A stretch of DNA of 64,000 nucleotides from Takakia lepidozioides (lineage: Eukaryota > Plantae > Bryophyta), in NCBI GenBank assembly GCA_030704615.1, contig CM060731.1:90396001-90460000 (forward strand), written 5' to 3'. The position numbers and the translations under genes are program-made. Below are positions 1-13,340 of this stretch, piece after piece; the first letter of the stretch is position 1; each line of letters opens with the position of its first letter. The notes beneath the pieces are model-generated. The model saw only the letters and a list, made by a program, of their open reading frames with translations, had not been told where the DNA came from and did no database searches.

Positions 1-191
1 ATCTACCAAAGGGAATTCTCCTAGTCCCAAATAGGTGGAGGGTTTAGAGGGAAGCGAAGGGGGACCGTTATTTCCCGGTGAGCAGCCGAAGCTCCGAGTT
101 GGCCCGGGCGGCCAGGTTGGGAGTCAGGCGCACGCATCAAAGCGAGTAACTATGACTTGACGGGGAGCTTACCGAAGTGAGGTGCGCGACA
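1..191 (+). repeat. 3' end of 5' LTR
   Basis: Near-identical to 6244-6433, ends in CA, and is followed 2 nt later by the PBS. Confidence 0.95.
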
Positions 192-193
192 CT

Positions 194-205
194 TGGTATC
201 AGAGC
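194..205 (+). promoter_or_regulatory. Primer binding site (tRNA-iMet)
   Basis: TGGTATCAGAGC directly after the LTR, the canonical plant Met-tRNA PBS. Confidence 0.93.
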
Positions 206-246
206 TTAGAGTTCAGTACGCGATCGTCCTTGGGTTTGGCCTCATC

Positions 247-3200
247 ATGGGGTCGGGCAAGCCGAAGCGAAAGCGGAACGGCCCAAAAGATGATGATCCT
301 GGTGAGCCCGATGGGGGCGACGTGTCACCGAGGCGGCCGTTTGAGGAAGCGATGCATGTTTCCAAAAACGAGGCCGCCCAAGAGAGGGAGGAATCCGAGG
401 AGTCGGAGCCCGAGGAATCCTTGAGAGCTCCGACAAACCAAGAGATGCCTCCCATGCCGGCAGCCTTTTGGGAAGGGTTGTTGGCGCAATTTGGCGGGAC
501 GTTGAAAGACGTGTTGAAGGCGGCCAATGCCACTTCCACTAAGGCAAAGTTTAAGGTGAAGCCTAAGGAACCCGGCACCTTCGAGGGCGTCCGAAATCGG
601 AAGGCACTCAACACCTGGCTCTTGGAGCTAAAGCTGTACTTCCGGGCGGCCAAGTTGAGTGATGAGGATCGGGTGGAAGTGGCTCCCACCTATTTGAGGG
701 GCTATGCTCAACAATGGTGGCAGAAACGCCTTCACGACCGAGGCCCAAGCCCGGAAACCTTGAACTGGAGTGGGTTCAAGGAATTGATGAAGAGACAGTT
801 TGTGCCCCTCAACGCGTCCTGGCTCGCCCGGGACAAGATGAGGAATTTGAAGCAAACAGATGACATTCGGGGATATGTCCAGGCTTTCAATGTGCTGTTG
901 CTCGAAGTCGCAGATATGGCAGAACCAAAAATGGTCTTCAACTTTGTGGCGGGACTGGCCCCATGGGCCAGGCGGAAGTTGGAGGAGAAGCCGCCCAAGA
1001 CTTTGAACGAGGCTATTGAGAGGGCTGAATGTTTCTCAGATGTCCCTAGGGGTGAAAGACAAGGCCGTACGGAGCTGAACCACAAGAAGATTCGGCGGGA
1101 AGGTGACTCCTTCCGACCGGAAAAGAAGTGGGATAGGCCACGCGGCAAAAATGGCACGTGGAAATCGAAGGGAGGGCCTTCACACGTCAAGGCGGCACCC
1201 GGTGCTTCGAAAGGAAAAGCGGGTGGAGCGGCTTATGGCGGACAGAGGGCGACCTTTGATGGAGTGTGTTTCAATTGCGGGGAGCCCGGGCACATGGCCA
1301 AGAAGTGCACGAAGCCCCGGCAATTGAACATGACTCGGGCGACCACGGAGCTGTCGGAAGATACCATCAGTCGCCTGGTGGAAGCGGTGGTCGCCAGGAC
1401 TTGCAAGGTAGGCAAATTTTCTTGTGAGTTGTATCAGGAAACTGGCGCCTTACGAAAAGGGAGTCAGTTATTGTTTGTGGATGGGATAATATCCGGAACT
1501 AATGTGTCGTTGTTGGTGGACACAGGAGCGTCGCACTCCTTCATGACACCGGCAACGGCACAAAAGCTGGGACTCCCGACAAGTGACGTGGGGGCCTCTA
1601 TTGAGGTGCGTTCTGCCAAAGGAGAACCACAGTTGGCGACAAGGTTGGCGATTGATGTTCCCCTTCAACTGGGGAGTTGGGAGGGACGTGAGAACTTCAC
1701 CATCTGCGAGATCGATGGAGTGGATCTCATTTTGGGGATGACCTTTTTGAGCAAATCCGGAGCGGTCATAGATGGCCGCAAGAGAGTAGTCACGCTGCCA
1801 TGTGGGAATGGTGGCGAGGTTTTACGAGTGTCAGAAACGCCCAAATCCGTGGGAGGGCGAATAAACCTTATGTCAGCAAAGGAGTGGGCCGTGGAGGAGG
1901 CACACGAACCCCAGTTTTTGCTTTACATTAGAGAAGTGAAGGGAGAAGGCGATGGGGAGCCGAGCCCAGATTGGATCAAGGGGATTTTGGAGAAATACCA
2001 GGATGTGATGCCGGAGGATTTACCAAGCGGCTTGCCACCGCGAAGAGGAGTTGACCACAAGATTGAGGTGATACCGGGATCGGAACCGCCTGCCAAGGCA
2101 CCCTACCGGTTGAGCCACAGGGAGTTGGTCGAGCTGAAGACTCAGCTCAAGGATCTAATGTCAAAGGGGTACATCCGGCCAAGTAAGTCACCTTACGGAG
2201 CCCCGGTGCTATTCGCAGACAAGAAGGATGGGACGCTGCGGATGTGTGTCGATTACAGGGCTCTGAATAAGGTGACTATCAAAAACCGGTACCCTTTGCC
2301 AAGGATCGACGACCTCTTTGATCGGTTGGCAGGAGCAAAGTATTTCAGCCGGATCGACTTGCGCTCCGGCTATCATCAAATTCGGGTGGCGGAAGGAGAT
2401 GAGGAGAAGACCGCGTGCAGGTATGGTTCATATGAGTTCTTGGTGATGCCTTTTGGGCTCACCAATGCACCAGCGACATTTAGCACGCTAATGAACAACC
2501 TTTTTCAGGAGTGGTTGGATGACTTTGTGATCGTGTACATCGACGATATCTTGGTGTATTCAAAAACAAAGGAGGAGCACCTGGAGCACCTCCAAAGGGT
2601 GTTCCAGAAATTGCGAGAAGGGAAGCTGTATGCCAAAGCTTCAAAGTGCGAATTCGGGGTCACGAAAGTGGAGTTCTTGGGGCATGTGATTACACAGGAT
2701 GGGATCGAAATGGATGACAGAAAGGTGAGGGCGATCTTGGACTGGGAGCCTCCGACTTCGGTCCCGGGAGTGCGTTCCTTCCTAGGACTCGCCTCCTATT
2801 ACCGGAAGTATGTGAGAAATTTCACCAAGATCGCGGGGCCGCTGTCGGACCTTCTGTGTAAATCTAAAGTCTGGGCATGGAACACCTTTTGTGGCCAAGC
2901 TTTTGCTGAATTGAAGCAGCGGATGGCGGAAGCTCCAGTCTTAAAAATCCCGAAGTTCGGTCGTCCGTTCGAGATACATACAGATGCGTCGGACTTCGCG
3001 ATTGGGGGTGTACTGATGCAAGATGGACGTCCAGTGGCTTACGAAAGTAAGAAACTGAATGAAGTGGAGCGACGGTGGCCGACGCACGAAAAAGAGATGA
3101 AGGCGGTGGTGCACTGTCTTGAGCTCTGGTGCCACTATGTTGGTTCCAACCCAGTGAAGGTGTTCACGGACAATGTCACGGTGAAGTATTTTGCCACGCA

Positions 3201-4803
3201 GCCCAAGTTGTCCCCAAAACAACTTAGGTGGCAAGATACTTTGGCAGTGTTCGACGTGGATATCCAGTACAAACCGGGACGGGACAATGTGGTGGCCGAT
3301 GCTTTAAGTAGAAAGCAGCAGCTCTTGTTGGTGTACAAGGGCGAGACGGCGCTCCAAAGGAAGATCCGGAAGGTTGGCCGGAAGGATGAGCTGGTAAAGT
3401 CCGTGATGCAGGACTTGAGAATGGGGGTTAAATCGCAGTTCCACTTGCAAAATGGACTGCTCCGGTATAAGCAAAAACGTCTCTACGTGCCAAAGGGAGG
3501 GATCAGAGATAGCCTCTTGACAGAATGCCATGATAGCCCGCTTGCGGGCCACGGCGGAGCCAAGCGTACTGCAGCACTCTTGAAGAAAGAGTATTTCTGG
3601 CCCAAACTGAGGGAGGAGGCAGAGGAGTATGTCAAGACATGCACCACATGCCAACAAAACCGGAGCGAGTACAAAAAGCAAGCGGGGTTGTTACAACCCT
3701 TGCCAATTCCAGAGGGGACTTGGGAAAGCGTCTCGATGGATTTCATGATTGCTATGCCGCTGTCAAAAGGATTCGATGCAATCATGGTGGTGGTGGATAG
3801 GTTCAGTAAAATGGGCCATTTCATCCCCACCAAGGAGACGGCTACGGCGCAGGAGACAGGGCGACTTTACTTCGCCCACGTCTTAAAATATCATGGAGTC
3901 CCGAAGGATATTGTCTCAGATCGCGATCCAAAGTTTACGAGTAAATTTTGGAGGACACTTTGGAAGAAGATGGGGACAAGGCTGAAGATGAGCACCGCCT
4001 TCCGACCTACAAAGGATGGCCAAACGGAAAGAGTGAATTCCGTAGTGAAGCAATTCTTGCGGAATTACGTGTCAGCAGACCAATTAGACTGGATGGAACA
4101 CTTAGACGCGGCAGAGTTCTGTTATAATAACACAGAACACTCCGCAACGGGAGTTTCCCCTTTCGTATTGGTCTATGGAAAAGCACCTCTGGTGCCGACA
4201 AGTTGGGCCGCCCAGGACGTTGAGGAACCGGCAGTGGCGGCAGTATTGGAAGAACGCGAGCGTTTGTTGAAGCTCGCAAAGTACAACATTGCCAAAGCTA
4301 GGAAACGGTATGAAAGGCAGGCGAATCGGAAGCGGAGGGAAGTGAAGTTTGAGGCAGGCACGGAGGTCTGGTTGAACATCAAGAATTTCCGACTACCTCC
4401 AGAAGTGAGTCCGAAGTTCGTACCTCCGTATGCGGGACCCTTTCGCATTCGGAAGGTTATGAATGAGGATGTGTATGAATTGGAGCTGCCGGCAAACAGC
4501 AAGGTGCACCCAGTATTCCATGTCTCCCTTTTGAAGCCTTACTTCAAAGATGAAGCGCGTCCGAATCGGCATCAAGTGTTGCGCTCGCCACCTATGCTGT
4601 TGGATCATGAAAATGAACCCGAGTACGAGGTGGAGGCAATACTTAAGTCAAGGAGGTTCAACAACCAAGAAATGGAGTATCTCGTCAAATGGAAGGGCTA
4701 TCATCATGTGGAGGCATCTTGGGTGCGTGCCTCAGAAATGGGAAACGCATCCGAGGCGGTCGCAGCTTTCGAAGGGCGACCTCAAAAGCGGAAGAAGCGT
4801 TGA
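247..4803 (+). CDS. Gag-Pol polyprotein (Gag, CCHC knuckle, aspartic protease, RT, RNase H, integrase, chromodomain)
   Basis: Motifs [48 protein letters not shown] integrase Zn finger, SMDF/SDRD/GQTER, GPF and C-terminal YEVEAIL...YLVKWKGY. The first ATG is at 247; the ORF-track start at 193 lies at the PBS. Confidence 0.97.
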   Translation: MGSGKPKRKRNGPKDDDPGEPDGGDVSPRRPFEEAMHVSKNEAAQEREESEESEPEESLRAPTNQEMPPMPAAFWEGLLAQFGGTLKDVLKAANATSTKAKFKVKPKEPGTFEGVRNRKALNTWLLELKLYFRAAKLSDEDRVEVAPTYLRGYAQQWWQKRLHDRGPSPETLNWSGFKELMKRQFVPLNASWLARDKMRNLKQTDDIRGYVQAFNVLLLEVADMAEPKMVFNFVAGLAPWARRKLEEKPPKTLNEAIERAECFSDVPRGERQGRTELNHKKIRREGDSFRPEKKWDRPRGKNGTWKSKGGPSHVKAAPGASKGKAGGAAYGGQRATFDGVCFNCGEPGHMAKKCTKPRQLNMTRATTELSEDTISRLVEAVVARTCKVGKFSCELYQETGALRKGSQLLFVDGIISGTNVSLLVDTGASHSFMTPATAQKLGLPTSDVGASIEVRSAKGEPQLATRLAIDVPLQLGSWEGRENFTICEIDGVDLILGMTFLSKSGAVIDGRKRVVTLPCGNGGEVLRVSETPKSVGGRINLMSAKEWAVEEAHEPQFLLYIREVKGEGDGEPSPDWIKGILEKYQDVMPEDLPSGLPPRRGVDHKIEVIPGSEPPAKAPYRLSHRELVELKTQLKDLMSKGYIRPSKSPYGAPVLFADKKDGTLRMCVDYRALNKVTIKNRYPLPRIDDLFDRLAGAKYFSRIDLRSGYHQIRVAEGDEEKTACRYGSYEFLVMPFGLTNAPATFSTLMNNLFQEWLDDFVIVYIDDILVYSKTKEEHLEHLQRVFQKLREGKLYAKASKCEFGVTKVEFLGHVITQDGIEMDDRKVRAILDWEPPTSVPGVRSFLGLASYYRKYVRNFTKIAGPLSDLLCKSKVWAWNTFCGQAFAELKQRMAEAPVLKIPKFGRPFEIHTDASDFAIGGVLMQDGRPVAYESKKLNEVERRWPTHEKEMKAVVHCLELWCHYVGSNPVKVFTDNVTVKYFATQPKLSPKQLRWQDTLAVFDVDIQYKPGRDNVVADALSRKQQLLLVYKGETALQRKIRKVGRKDELVKSVMQDLRMGVKSQFHLQNGLLRYKQKRLYVPKGGIRDSLLTECHDSPLAGHGGAKRTAALLKKEYFWPKLREEAEEYVKTCTTCQQNRSEYKKQAGLLQPLPIPEGTWESVSMDFMIAMPLSKGFDAIMVVVDRFSKMGHFIPTKETATAQETGRLYFAHVLKYHGVPKDIVSDRDPKFTSKFWRTLWKKMGTRLKMSTAFRPTKDGQTERVNSVVKQFLRNYVSADQLDWMEHLDAAEFCYNNTEHSATGVSPFVLVYGKAPLVPTSWAAQDVEEPAVAAVLEERERLLKLAKYNIAKARKRYERQANRKRREVKFEAGTEVWLNIKNFRLPPEVSPKFVPPYAGPFRIRKVMNEDVYELELPANSKVHPVFHVSLLKPYFKDEARPNRHQVLRSPPMLLDHENEPEYEVEAILKSRRFNNQEMEYLVKWKGYHHVEASWVRASEMGNASEAVAAFEGRPQKRKKR

Positions 4804-4826
4804 TGGGGACATCAACCTTGGAGCGT

Positions 4827-4837
4827 GGGGGAGGAAA
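4827..4837 (+). promoter_or_regulatory. Polypurine tract
   Basis: GGGGGAGGAAA immediately before the TG that starts the 3' LTR. Confidence 0.8.
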
Positions 4838-6433
4838 TGCATGCTTAGCCCGGCTTAGCTAGCTTAGGAATCCGAGTGCAAAAACTTGTATTGTACAAAA
4901 CGTGCTATAAATAAAACAGATTCCAAATGTTGTGCGTCCTATTTTGTTTGGAATGGTGATGCATGGTATGGTTGGCTAGTGTGTAGAATGCATGCTAGCT
5001 TATAAAAGTGGAAGAGGTAAATTGGGTTAATCGTGTGTTTGTGTAGTGCCGAAATTGGGTGACCCCCATCCAAGGGGCAAGGAAACTTGCGCCTTCTTTG
5101 GGAGTTCACGTGCTAGTGCGCACCTGGCGCGTGCGCGTACTATAACTGCGCTACCGAGGGGGTTGCCTTGTAGTGCGGGCTAACGCGGAAGCCACGTGCT
5201 TCCGTTCACGTACTATAATCGTGTAGCCTCGGGACAAAGTCGTAGTGCGGCTTCGGCGTGTTCCCGTACCTCAGGCCAGCATTCCAAGGCGGACCCAATT
5301 GTAGTGATTGGGGCGCACGGTTGGTTCAAAGTTATCTTCCTAGTCAAAGAGGGTTCCAGGTGAACCCTTGCTCAAGGTGATGCCAAAAGCGGCATCATGA
5401 GCGGTCGCAAGCAATGTTGTTGCAGTAAGGCGATTCGATCCTCGGGGAGGATCGTTCCTTGGCCTTGAAGTAGGCCAAGAAGAGTGCACCTGGAGGAGCT
5501 TGAGAGGCTCCACCCTTGGCCGGGACTTGGAGGAAGTCGGCCGAACTAGCTAGTGGAGAGTAGAGTCAAGTGTGGGGTTTGGTTCTTTGCCATGGGACGC
5601 CATGGTACGGAAACAAACTCCTTGATGTGGGACGCCACAACTTGGATGTTCGTTTCTACAAAATGGACAAGTCGATGAGGACATCGACTCCCTGTTGGTA
5701 GGGGTGTGTGTCGCGGCCCTTTGCCTTGAGGGCAGGGGGTCGGGACACATGAGGGGCTGCCCCTGTGGTGGGGGCAGTGGCAGCGATAGGTATAGGGGGC
5801 TGAAGCACCCTTGAGTGCCCAAGGCACTCAAGGACGCGGAGGCGCTCACTAGGTGGAGCCCCGCACACCGGGTTGCGGTGGGGGTGGCTCCACAAGGGGT
5901 GGTGGTAGCTTAGCGGGACTTAGTGGGGGTGGCATAGGACTCACCATGGGGGCGGAGACCTCGGGGTGGGAATCGTGGGGAGTCTTGGGACTCATCACGG
6001 TCCATAGGGGCCGTGGTGAGCGGGCCAAGACTCACCGCGACTCATCACCGGGAGTCGAGGGTTTTCGTGGTGGTTCGCCATAAAATGGCATGGCTGGTTG
6101 TGAAACCCCCGCGGACAGCTACACAAGTATATATAGGGAGTAGTAACCCCGAGAACGGTGCAAACCCGTTGGTGACCAAAAACTAGTGAGTGAGCGAGCG
6201 AGCCGGAAAGCGACCAAAGAGTGGGGAGCTATTCCGGACTGCCATCTACCAAAGGGAATTCTCCTAGTCCCAAATAGGTGGAGGGTTTAGAGGGAAGCGA
6301 AGGGGGACCGTTATTTCCCGGTGAGCAGCCGAAGCTCCGAGTTGGATGGGCGGCCAGGTTGGGAGTCAGGCGCACGCATCAAAGCGAGTAACTATGACTT
6401 GACGGGGAGCTTACCGATGTGAGGTGCGCGACA
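4838..6433 (+). repeat. 3' LTR (~1.6 kb)
   Basis: Starts with TG after the PPT and ends with CA; the last 190 bp match 1-191. Confidence 0.88.
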
Positions 6434-6444
6434 CCTTACTTGTT

Positions 6445-7130
6445 GGACGGAAATGCGGCACCGCATTTCCGTTCTGGAGAGTATAAAGGTTTCCCCCGGA
6501 CGGAAATGCGTTGCCGCATTTCAATTGCACTGTCTCATGATTTACAATGACAACGGAAATTTGGCGGCGCATGTTGTGCCCCATTTCTGTTCAGCAAAGT
6601 AGAAAGGATTCCACGGACGAAAATGCGGTGCCGCATTTCCATTCTGGAAAGTAGAAAGGATTCCCCTGGACGGAAATGCAGTGCCGCATTACCGTTCCAC
6701 TGTTACAGGCGTTGCATGTTGGACGGAAATGAGTAGCCGCATTTCCGTTCTTGAAAATAGAAAGGTTCACCTCGGACGGAAATGCGGTGTCGTATTTCCG
6801 TCCACTGGATTCCATTGAAAGAGACCGGACGGAAATGGGCACCGCATTTCCGTTCCTGCCTATCCAAGGTGTCCCGGTCGATAAAAATGCGTTGTCGCTA
6901 TTATTTTCTACCGTGTGTTCCTAGTCCCATTCGACCTAAATGCGATACCGCATTTCCGTTCCACCATGGGCCTGATTTTACAGTCGACTGAAATGTGGTA
7001 CCGCATTTCCGTTGCACCAGTATTTTGGTTTTCCTTGTGACGGAAATGCGGTGCCGCATTTCCGATCACAATCAACGAGAGGATGATGTGGAACTAGGAT
7101 GCGGGATCGCATTCCCGTTCAGCCATGTGC
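6445..7130. repeat. Family-C palindrome array, GGAAATGCGG(CA/TG)CCGCATTTCC
   Basis: Roughly a dozen degenerate copies (e.g. 6449, 6619, 6672, 6779, 7043) with variable spacers, upstream of the family-C transposase. Confidence 0.85.
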
Positions 7131-7496
7131 AATGGCTTGCATTGTTCCGAAACATCACAATTGCGGCCTGTCTTGGTTGTCTAACCGTTTTAACTAACAG
7201 TCCTGGCACTTGTCAATGCGAACGTTCATGTCTGCACCGCGAATACTGGTTTATCCACCCTCAAGAGAAACTGTCAGGAGATGTTATTTCGTCGCCGAAT
7301 CGGCCATCATTGTCATACTTAGTGGATATGGTATCACACCTCCCACCTTCATGCATGTAGCTTGAAACAATACTTTCCATTTCAATGTGCGACTTCCAAT
7401 CGTCGATGGACTCCGTCGATCCACTTACATGGTGCCTGTGAGCCTTGGTCTGTTGCTATAGTGAACCTCGCACTTGCCAACTTCGTGCGGTGTTCG

Positions 7497-8308
7497 ATGG
7501 CTCCGAATTCCTACTTTATAGTTTGCTGTCCTCCGCAACTTGGGAGAGCCTGGATCCCAAACGAGGGTGGACTTTGCAGAGTGACTGAAACTTACCTTTG
7601 TTCCAAATTCAAGCTCAAACCGGGCACAGTTTATTTGGAAGAAGAAATGAAGGATGTTCCTGGACAGGTTGACGAGACCATTGTCGTGCTAGGTAACGAC
7701 GGAGGTTGCGGAATTGAATGGCACGTACCCCCATCAGACACCATCCTGTACCGAGCTGTGGGAATGCCCATTCCCTTTCCGAATCAGTCGCTGCCCACAC
7801 CATCCACAAAGGAGTCGGGAAACCGACAGGTGGCCACTGCCAATAGAGAGGTATGCAACGATAATCATGCCCGACCTGGACCGTCAAGACCCTCCATAGC
7901 TTCTCGTGTGGAGGTATTCGACATTTCCGACGAGGAAGATGAGTGCATTGAGGTCCCCATGTCCTCCACACGGTCGTTCAAATCCGACATGGACATCTCT
8001 GCAGGTGCTACGCATGTACCCTCGAGCATAACTCCAACCCGGTCCATTTTGCAGCTCCTACGGCAACATCACCTCGATGGTTCTCGCTCCGAGCTGGCTG
8101 CTCTCGACTATGCCAAATTTCCAGTCAAGAAGGTAACGTATCTGCCTCCCAAAGTCGATGGCAATGTCATCTTCGAGTTTCCACCTATTACTTCGTCAAA
8201 CAAAGCCTCAGGGATGTTAACAGACATGGATCGAAAGCATGACGGACACCCCTGGTGTGTGACGAAGACCAGTAGCACGAAAATTGCTGATGGTGTTCGT
8301 GTACGATA
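7497..8308 (+). pseudogene. Family-C MULE-like transposase, N-terminal fragment
   Basis: DGNVIFEFPP...MDRKHDGHPWCVTKT...GVRVRY is homologous to the transposases at 18519-20378 and 53749. Truncated at ~8309 by a junction to a family-B sequence. Confidence 0.8.
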
Positions 8309-10095
8309 CGGCCCCAAGCCCCACTGTTTCCCTTTCAAGAACTTGTTGTACCTGCATTGCTGCATAATTGACCTCACAATGTCCTCCGTTGTGGCAGTGA
8401 GGATGTCCACCAGATGCGCCACAGAGGAGGCACGCCAGGAAGAATGTACTGATTCGGCCATGTTTGTTGTCGGCATGTCGGTGTCAGAGTCGAGACACAT
8501 TTCCTGCACATGCACATGTTCAGGTTACAAGCAAATTACAAATAATGAGTAGCTAGCATAATATTCAACGGAACGCAAATTCGTCCAACTCACCTCCCGC
8601 ATATAGTCGCCGAACTGGAGGAAACGATAATGCCACCATGCTAGCCAACTGACCATTGCTCCCTCGTCTGATTTCTTTACAGCACCTGACGTTGTCCACC
8701 AAGCCCGTATACATGCAAACTGTGTCTCTGCATCATCCAAGGTGGGAGCACACTTCCACGCAAGACACATGGAACGGTGCTCCTCTCTGAAATCTGGCGC
8801 CACGAGCCTGATTGTGTATTGCGACAAGCTCTGCAGAAAATGGAACCCACAAAATCTCTCATTGCTCTTCATCGGAACATTGGGGTCTTCCCCGTACACC
8901 CTTCGGATGGCAGCCCAATTTGCTTGTGCGTTGTCCGCCATGAAACCACGGAAATTGGGAGGGGGAAATCCTGCCCTGGCCATCTGTTCGTTTATTCCCT
9001 GCCAAAGAAGCATCTCCGATTGTGTGTCCTCTCCTTTCATCTCACAAATAACAATTGTAATAAGCATCCTGCAGTGGGTGTCGTAGACATATGCACCCAT
9101 TGTCACCCACTGGTGATTTGTAATTCGCTTGATATGGTGGAACATGACCCAACTGTTTGACAAGTCCCCACTCGTCATCCGGTGGACTAGTTCGACGCCG
9201 CTGCCAGGCCCACACGTTGACATTTTGAATACGAAACAGCGATCTGCCTCAGTCCCTTGTCCTGGAAATCTACTTCCATGAATGTAGTCATATCCACATC
9301 GTCGCTTCACCTCCAGAATGGAGTGCATATCCGAGCCACGCCCAATTCTCTGTTTGCACAAGACAATGTGGTTTCGGACATTCGGTGAACAGACGTGGAA
9401 CACCGACTCCAGCAATGCCTCCATTTCCTTGTCATCAAGAGGAACTCTGTTAGAGCTGTCTTCCGACATAATTCTGGCCAATGCCATCTTATGGGCGGCC
9501 TGCAGCTGTATCTGTTTGGGTTTGGCACCAGGTCTCAACTTAACCTCCTCCTGACAAGCTGCTCCGCCTCGTGGGCAGCCTCCTGCGAGTTACCCCTCGT
9601 CAATTTGTGACAATGGGAACCAACGTGTATGCAAGCTCGTGTGAGGTCAGGAAACGGTGCAACACATAGAACTGCTTGGCATTGTAAACAGACATGCAAT
9701 GTGGTGGTTCTTTGCAATGTGCACACTTAAATGTGGAGTTTGGAACCTTCTCCTGAGTTCGAAATGGTTGATGAGCTGTGTCTGTCCAATCCGTCTCGTT
9801 CCTGTGACCTCTGGATTTAAAGTGGAAGCAAGTTGGGGAGAAACACCGCAACGCGCCCGCACAAACAACGTAACGCACCCGCACACCATTGAGCATCTTC
9901 ATGCTGGTGGTTTTGGTGATGCACCAAGGATGACCGTCATGTTTCTTATCCATATCTATCAACATTCCGGACGCCCTCGAATAGTCCGTTCGAGGAGGGA
10001 ACTCAAAGAAGATATTACCGTCGACGTCTGCGGGAAGGCATGTAACGGATTTCATTGCGAACTTGTTGTAGTCCAGGAATGCGGCCCCTGGCCTT
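8309..10095 (-). pseudogene. Family-B MULE-like transposase fragment (copy B3)
   Basis: DKKHDGHPWC, FMADNAQANW, FCGFHFLQSL (CxxH) and, after an intron, TTNMAESVHSSW. Frameshifted and truncated at both ends; homologous to 31910-32350 and 37848-39345. Confidence 0.85.
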
Positions 10096-11264
10096 TGCGC
10101 AATAACTGCCAACGGTATGCAGTCAGAAGGTATATGACCAGTGCAGATGCGCTGCACAAACCAATAATTGTGGCGTTTGATAAGAAGCGTGGGGGGGGCG
10201 AGCGTGTAAGCACCTTCCCCATGGACAGAGGGAACTGACAGAGGTGGCATTCCAGTGGGTCTGATTGCAAGATTGAGTGCGAGACCCTCGCTGCCAAAAG
10301 TCAACATTCAACAAAATGCAACATTGCACAAAAAGTGGAACTTTGGTTCAAATGAGACATTTTTATTAATAATGAACTGTGACAAGTATGCATGCCCTCT
10401 CAAACCGAGGGAAGCCAAAATTATGCATGCAATCCATGCTCCGGTAAGTTGGAAATTTGCTCCCGTGTTGCACTGTTCTCACCAAGAAGCTGGAACCTCA
10501 ATTGGCCTCTCAACAAGTTCATGACTGACAGGGTGTCGGTAGGTGAAGACAATGGATGCAGCCCGTTTGCCTTTGGTATAGTGGACAACGGTGTCATCTC
10601 CACTGATATATGCACCATCATAAATCGAGACCTTTGCTGTGGAGACTCTATGTCCATAGGACTCATCCTCGTAGCTTATGAGAATGTCCCCATACACTGT
10701 TTGCGATGGAATCCTCTCTGGCTTGTACGTACCGATGCAATCCTCGTAGGCCCACTAGCAGCACCTTCAATGATGTAGGAAGGCTGTGCAACTTTTGGGG
10801 ATGTTCAATGCTGGCGGAAACTGCAGATCAACGATTCGCAGGCACCAAAGCCGCGCAGGCCCGTCCCGGCGAGGCTGATCGTGGAGACCAGGAAGGTACT
10901 CAAGAGCGGACATGTGCACCCTCCTCTGCTGAGAGTGGTCTATCCAATCCTGCAGGTATATGAAAATATCCCCTGACTTGGGCGAGAAGTCCCACGGGGT
11001 GAGATGCTTGTTTGGGCAGTTGCTGGGATCCCGGCACGCCATCGCCGACTATTGAAAGGGCTACCAGGAAGCAGAGAGGGTGCGCATGGAAGGGGGAGTG
11101 TGGGGAAGCTGAAGTGAGAGGAGCGAGGAGCGAGCAAGTGTTGTTGTTGTCTCAGTTTGAAACGCGTGGGTCACGAGCGAAGGTCGGGCAAGTGGCGAAG
11201 AAAAAGAGCAACATTTAATATAGCCGTACCCAGGAATGAGGGGCAGAATTTAATTCGACATGGC

Positions 11265-13340
11265 GTCAAATCGGAGGTGACGACACCTGGCCGACAAAGA
11301 ACATCCCACGGATGGAAAAATGACGCCGAATTTCCATACGAGGCCCGTCGGATGAAGTCGTCTCGGGGGGAGAGGCCAACACCTGGCCGACAGAGAACAT
11401 CCCTCGGATGGAAAAACGGCGCCGAATCTCCAATGAGGCCGTTCGGATGAAGTTGTCTCGGGGGGAGAGGCCGACACCTGGCCTACAGAGAATATCCCCC
11501 GGATGGCAAAACGGCGCCGAATTTCCATACGAGGCCCGTCGGATGAAGTCGTCTCAGGGGGACAGGCCGACACCTGGCCAATAGAGAACATCCCTCGGAT
11601 GGATAAACGACGCCGAATTTCCATCAGAGGCCATTCGGATGAAGTTGTCTCGGGGGGAGAGGCCGACACCTGGCCTACAAAGAATATCCCCCGGATGGCA
11701 AAACGGCGCCGAATTTCCATACGAGGCCCGTCGGATGAAGTCGTCTCAGGGGGACAGGCCGACACCTGGCCAATAGAGAACATCCCTCGGATGGATAAAC
11801 GACGCCGAATTTCCATCAGAGGCCGTTCGGATGAAGTTGTCTCGGGGGGAGAGGCCGACACCTGGCCGACAGAGAACATCCCACGGATGGAAAAATGGCA
11901 CCGAATTTCAATACGAGGCCCGTCGGATGAAGTCGTCTCGGGGGAGAGGCCGACGCCTAGCCAACAGAGAACATCCCTCGGATGGAAAAACGGTGCCGAA
12001 TCTCCAATGAGGCCGTTCGGATGAAGTTGTCTCGGGGGGAGAGGCCGACACCTGGCCTACAAAGAATATGCCCCGGATGGCAAAACGGCGCCGAATTTCC
12101 ATACGAGGCCCGTCGGATGAAGTCGTCTCAGGGGGAGAGGCCGACACCTGGCCGACAGAGAATGTCACTCGGATGGAAAAACCGCGCCGAATTTCCATCC
12201 GAGGCCATTCGGATGAAGTTGTCTCGGGGGGAGAGGCCGACACCTGGCCGACAGAGGACATCCCCCGGATGGAAAAACGGCGCCGAATTTCCATACGAGG
12301 CCCGTCGGATGAAGTCGTCTCGGGGGGAGAGGCCGACACCTGGCCGACATAGAATATCCATCGGATGGAAAAACGGCGCCGAATTTCCATCCGAGGCCGT
12401 TCGGATGAAGTCGTCTCGTGGGGAGAGGACGACACCCGGCCGACAGAGAACATCCCCCGGATGGAAAAACGGCGCCGAATTTCCATTCGAGGCCCGTCGG
12501 ATGAAGTCGTCTCGGGGGGAGAGGCCGACAACTGGCCGACAGAGAACATCCATCGGATGGAAAAACGGCGCTGAATTTCCATCCGAGGCCATTTGGATGA
12601 AGTCATCTCGTGGGGAGAGGACGACACCTGCCCGACACAGAACATCCCTCGGATGGAAAAACGGCGCCGAATTTCTATTCGAGGCCCGTCGGATGAAGTC
12701 GTCTGGGGGGAAGAGGCCGACACCTGGCCGACAGAGAACATCCCCGGGATGGAAAAACGGCGCCGAATTTCCATCGGAGGCCGTTCGGATGAAGTCGTCT
12801 CAGGGGGAGAGGCGGACACCTGGCCGACAAAGAATATCCCCCGGATGGAAAAACGGCGCCGAATTTCCATTCTAGGCCCGTCGGATGAAGTCGTCTCGGG
12901 GGGAGAGGCCAACACCTGGCCGACAGAGAACATCCCCGGGATGGAAAAACGGCGCCGAATTTCCATCCGAGGCCGTTCGGATGAAGTCGTCTCAGGGGGA
13001 GAGGCGGACACCTGGCCGACTAAGAACATCCCCCGGATAGAAAAACGGCGCCGAATTTCCATTCGAGGCCCGTCGGATGAAGTCGTCTCGGGGGGAGAGG
13101 CCAACACCTGGCCGACAGAGAACATCCCCCGGATGGAAAAACAGCGCCGAATTTCCATTCGAGGCCCGTCGGATGAAGTCGTCTCGGGGGGAGAGGCCGA
13201 CATCTAGCCGACAGAGAACATCCCTCGGATGGAAAAACGGCGCCGTATTTCCATCCAAGGCCGCACGGATGGAGTCGTCTCGGGGGGAGTGGCCGAAAGA
13301 GATCATCTGCAGGATGGAAAAACGCGCCGAATATCCATCA
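11265..13340. repeat. Tandem array of ~21 units of 96 bp, each containing the family-B palindrome core CGGCGCCGAATTTCC
   Basis: Unit starts recur at 96-bp spacing (e.g. 11503, 11599, 11695, ... 13229); the conceptual translation repeats every 32 aa. Confidence 0.95.

Larger units (their letters stand above)
1..6433 (+). mobile_element. Ty3/Gypsy chromovirus-type LTR retrotransposon (5' LTR truncated by window edge)
   Basis: 1-191 is repeated almost exactly at 6244-6433 and both copies end in ...GCGCGACA. A PBS, a single gag-pol ORF and a PPT lie between them. Confidence 0.97.

Noticed and set aside
213-6083. Short antisense and LTR-internal ORFs
   Set aside because: They overlap gag-pol or the LTR and carry no recognisable motifs.
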